From: Lophium mytilinum | Lineage: Eukaryota | NCBI GenBank assembly: GCA_010093605.1 | Contig: MU004181.1 | Location: 3,100,001-3,164,000, forward strand | Length of the DNA stretch: 64,000 bases | Reading direction: 5' to 3' | In this document: positions 61,501 through 64,000 of the stretch, piece after piece | How the letters are laid out: each line of letters opens with the position of its first letter | Numbering within the stretch: the stretch's first letter is position 1 | Translations under genes and position numbers: made by a program | Notes under the pieces: generated by a model | What the model was told of the DNA's origin: nothing | What the model saw: the letters and a program-made list of their open reading frames with translations, nothing else | Database searches by the model: none

Positions 61501-64000
61501 CACATGGTCAATCTCTGGGGGCTTTGGTCGAATTTCCGTTGAGCCAACGTTGGGGAAAGTCCAATCTCTCAACATGCACTTCGACCTAGACGTCCACACG
61601 CATAAGATGTACAACAGCACGTCTGAGGGATCTAATGTCATTGCGGCCTTAGACCTACCACCTGTCAACGGTACCATCAGCTTGACCCAAACAAACAGTC
61701 AGACTGTGATCAAAGCCTCGACGATAATCGACTCGATTACATTTCAAGCCTCTGAGATCAATGGCCTCATCACGACGATCAACAAGCCCGAAATATCCAA
61801 CGTTGTTCACGCTGCCCGAGATGATCTAGAGATACTCCAAACGCATTTCCGGGAAATCTTTCCACCAGCCGATGAGCCTCGCCCTAGCAAGATTCCACCA
61901 TCAACTAGAAGCCTTGTCTTTGGTGTCGACTTCACTCTCAACGGGCTGAATGTTCTTGCCAGCGCTCCTGGAAAACTGCCGAGCTCAGCGAATGCGACTC
62001 TTGCCCTGAAACTGGCGTCGGTTCAACTGAAGACGACGAATATGTCCCTCAAAGATGACACGATTCTGTCATTACCAGAGATTACAGCACAACTATCGAA
62101 AGTAAGTGTTGAAATGACTATGCTGGAGGATGGTAATATGCGCCACTGCGGCAACATTGCTTTTGGTGCATCGTTCCATGCTACCTCCCAGGTCGGCCAG
62201 GACAGTACAAGACGAGTGTATCACGTAGAAGTGCCGGGACTGGAAGTCAACCTGTTTGCTGATACTGCATCCGCTGTGGTGGACGTCCTGAATCACCTCC
62301 AAGACAAAATCAAGGACTTAGACCTCTCCAAGGAGAGGAAGTACCTAAGAAGACTTCGTCACACAAAGAGTCGAGGCCTAAAGAAAGATTCAATCGATCA
62401 GAGCAAGGAAAACGACAACAGCGGCGGTGCCCCTGACGCCCTATTTACCTCCACATATTCATTGGAGTTGCGGCGCATACAAATTACCTGGGTTATGGGC
62501 GCCTCTGTCCCGTTGTACTCGATCACTGAGCCAGAAGATCTCGTTCTCTCCTTCCGAAGGATCAACCTATCCACAAGGAAAGACGATGCGGCACGGCTCA
62601 TGATTGAGGACCTGCAATTGCAGATGATTCCCGTCTCAGGTGATAAGCAACAACGATCCCTGAACTCGGCCCTTCTTCCAGAAGTTGTCTTCAATGTTTC
62701 TTACAGCTCGACAAATGAAGTCCGCAAGCTAGCTTTTCAAGCCGCTGGCAAGTCCTTGGATCTTCGCCTGGAATCCCATTTCGTCATTCCCGCAAGCATG
62801 CTTCATCGATCGATGTCCCTCGCAGGACAGAAGTTCCGTGCGGCATCCGCGACTTGGAAAACGACACCGACGTCTAGTGGGACACAACGATCAAGTCCAT
62901 TCGGGAACAAGAAACTGTCTTCTCTGTTAGTTGATGCCGACTTCGCTGGTGCCGTTGTTCATTTATCCGGCGAGCGGGATCAAGACACGAACACACGGCT
63001 GCCACAGAAAGGAAGATACAGCCAGTTTGTAAGCGATGGTACTTCAAACAAGGTGTCTCTTCGGGCACCTGGAGTCGCTTTGAAAGTCCAATACAAGGAT
63101 GACGGACAAGAGCCTGCACTCAATGCCGAGCTGAAAGTTGATGCTTCTAGCAACACTCTTTTTCCAACATTAGTTCCCTTGGTAATGGACATCTCGAACA
63201 GTATCAAAGAGGTAGTGCGAAACGATGACTCTGAAAGTTCGCCGCAAAGCCCACAGTCTAAAACTCCTGGAAAGCTGCTGGACGAAGACAACCTGATTAC
63301 AGCCGATCCCAGTGCCATCTTAGGGAAGACAAAACTCAACCTCGGCGTGCGCATTCGCAAACAGGAATTCAGTCTTAGTTGTCAGCCTATCGCCCGAGTA
63401 GCTGCTACAGCCCGTCTAGACGATCTCTATGTTACAATCAACAGCGTTAAATCCAGGGAGCAGGGCCATTTCTTTGCAGTTTCCGCTGCAATTGAGAAAT
63501 TGCAAGTCGCTGTCCAGCACGTTTATTCCAGAGAGTCCACGTTTGCCTTCGATGTTGACTCTATTGTGCTCTCGTTGATGAACAGCAAGCATCTTAGCGG
63601 TACCAGTGGTATTTCTGCCATTCTAAAGATCAATCCCATGCGGACGCAAATCAACGCACGTCAATTGCAAGACTTCCTACTTTTCCGAGAGATTTGGATT
63701 CCACCAGAGATAAGAAAGGCTTCCAAGCAAACTCAGAGCACTGCAACTACCGAACCACAGGAGTATCTCGTGCAACGCTACCAGAAAGTTGCTGCTACCG
63801 CTGCCTTCCCATGGAATGCAAACGTTGCTATATCAGAAGTCTCCATTGACCTTGATCTTGGCCAATCAATCGGCAAGACCTCGTTAAAGGTGACGAACCT
63901 TTGGGCTTCTTCGAAAAAGAACTCCGACTGGGAACAGAATCTCTGTATCGGTGTGGAGCGGGTTGGCGTCGAAAGCCAGGGCCGGACGAGCGGCTTCATC
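55507..64000 (+). CDS. CSF1: Csf1 / BLTP1 bridge-like lipid transfer protein (5' part; runs off window end)
   Basis: ATG 55507; FNWVFLVELLVCGIL, intron (GTATGT...CTAAC...TAG), then FFLFYFNRVF..., IDIQALQISLLGGRIFFK, YITWQYW, INYGPW. The frame appears open for more than 8.3 kb to the window edge (no terminated ORF in the track). Confidence 0.95.

Noticed and set aside
55937..63999. Short ORFs listed within the CSF1 region
   Set aside because: Off-frame or antisense fragments inside one continuous Csf1 reading frame.

Overview
Gene-dense window of a filamentous ascomycete genome (short GT-AG introns with CTRAC branch sites, a HET gene, medA, RIP-type CpA>TpA mutations; placement in Pezizomycotina is inferred). 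Recognisable genes: eIF2-alpha, a HET-domain protein, a Gtt3-like membrane protein, an Mme1-like mitochondrial carrier, a secreted HEXXH (M35-like) metalloprotease with a frameshift at the end of its signal peptide, Yvc1, Arh1, a BTB protein, eEF3, mitochondrial MDH, an F-box-like protein, carnitine acetyltransferase, MedA, a TMEM184/Hfl1 protein and the 5' part of Csf1. Non-coding features absent from the ORF track: a TATA-driven U1 snRNA gene with an atypical U1-70K loop, a complete 678-bp TRIM-type LTR element (5-bp TSD, PBS, PPT), a 205-bp TA-TSD MITE, two foldback elements and decayed tandem repeats. The best candidate for an undescribed mechanism is the medA 5' leader: an apparent CUG-initiated, spliced 54-aa N-terminal extension, an alternative AUG route by intron retention, uORFs, and a 12-nt complement to an upstream splice donor. 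All calls come from reading the sequence by eye; no database searches were run.
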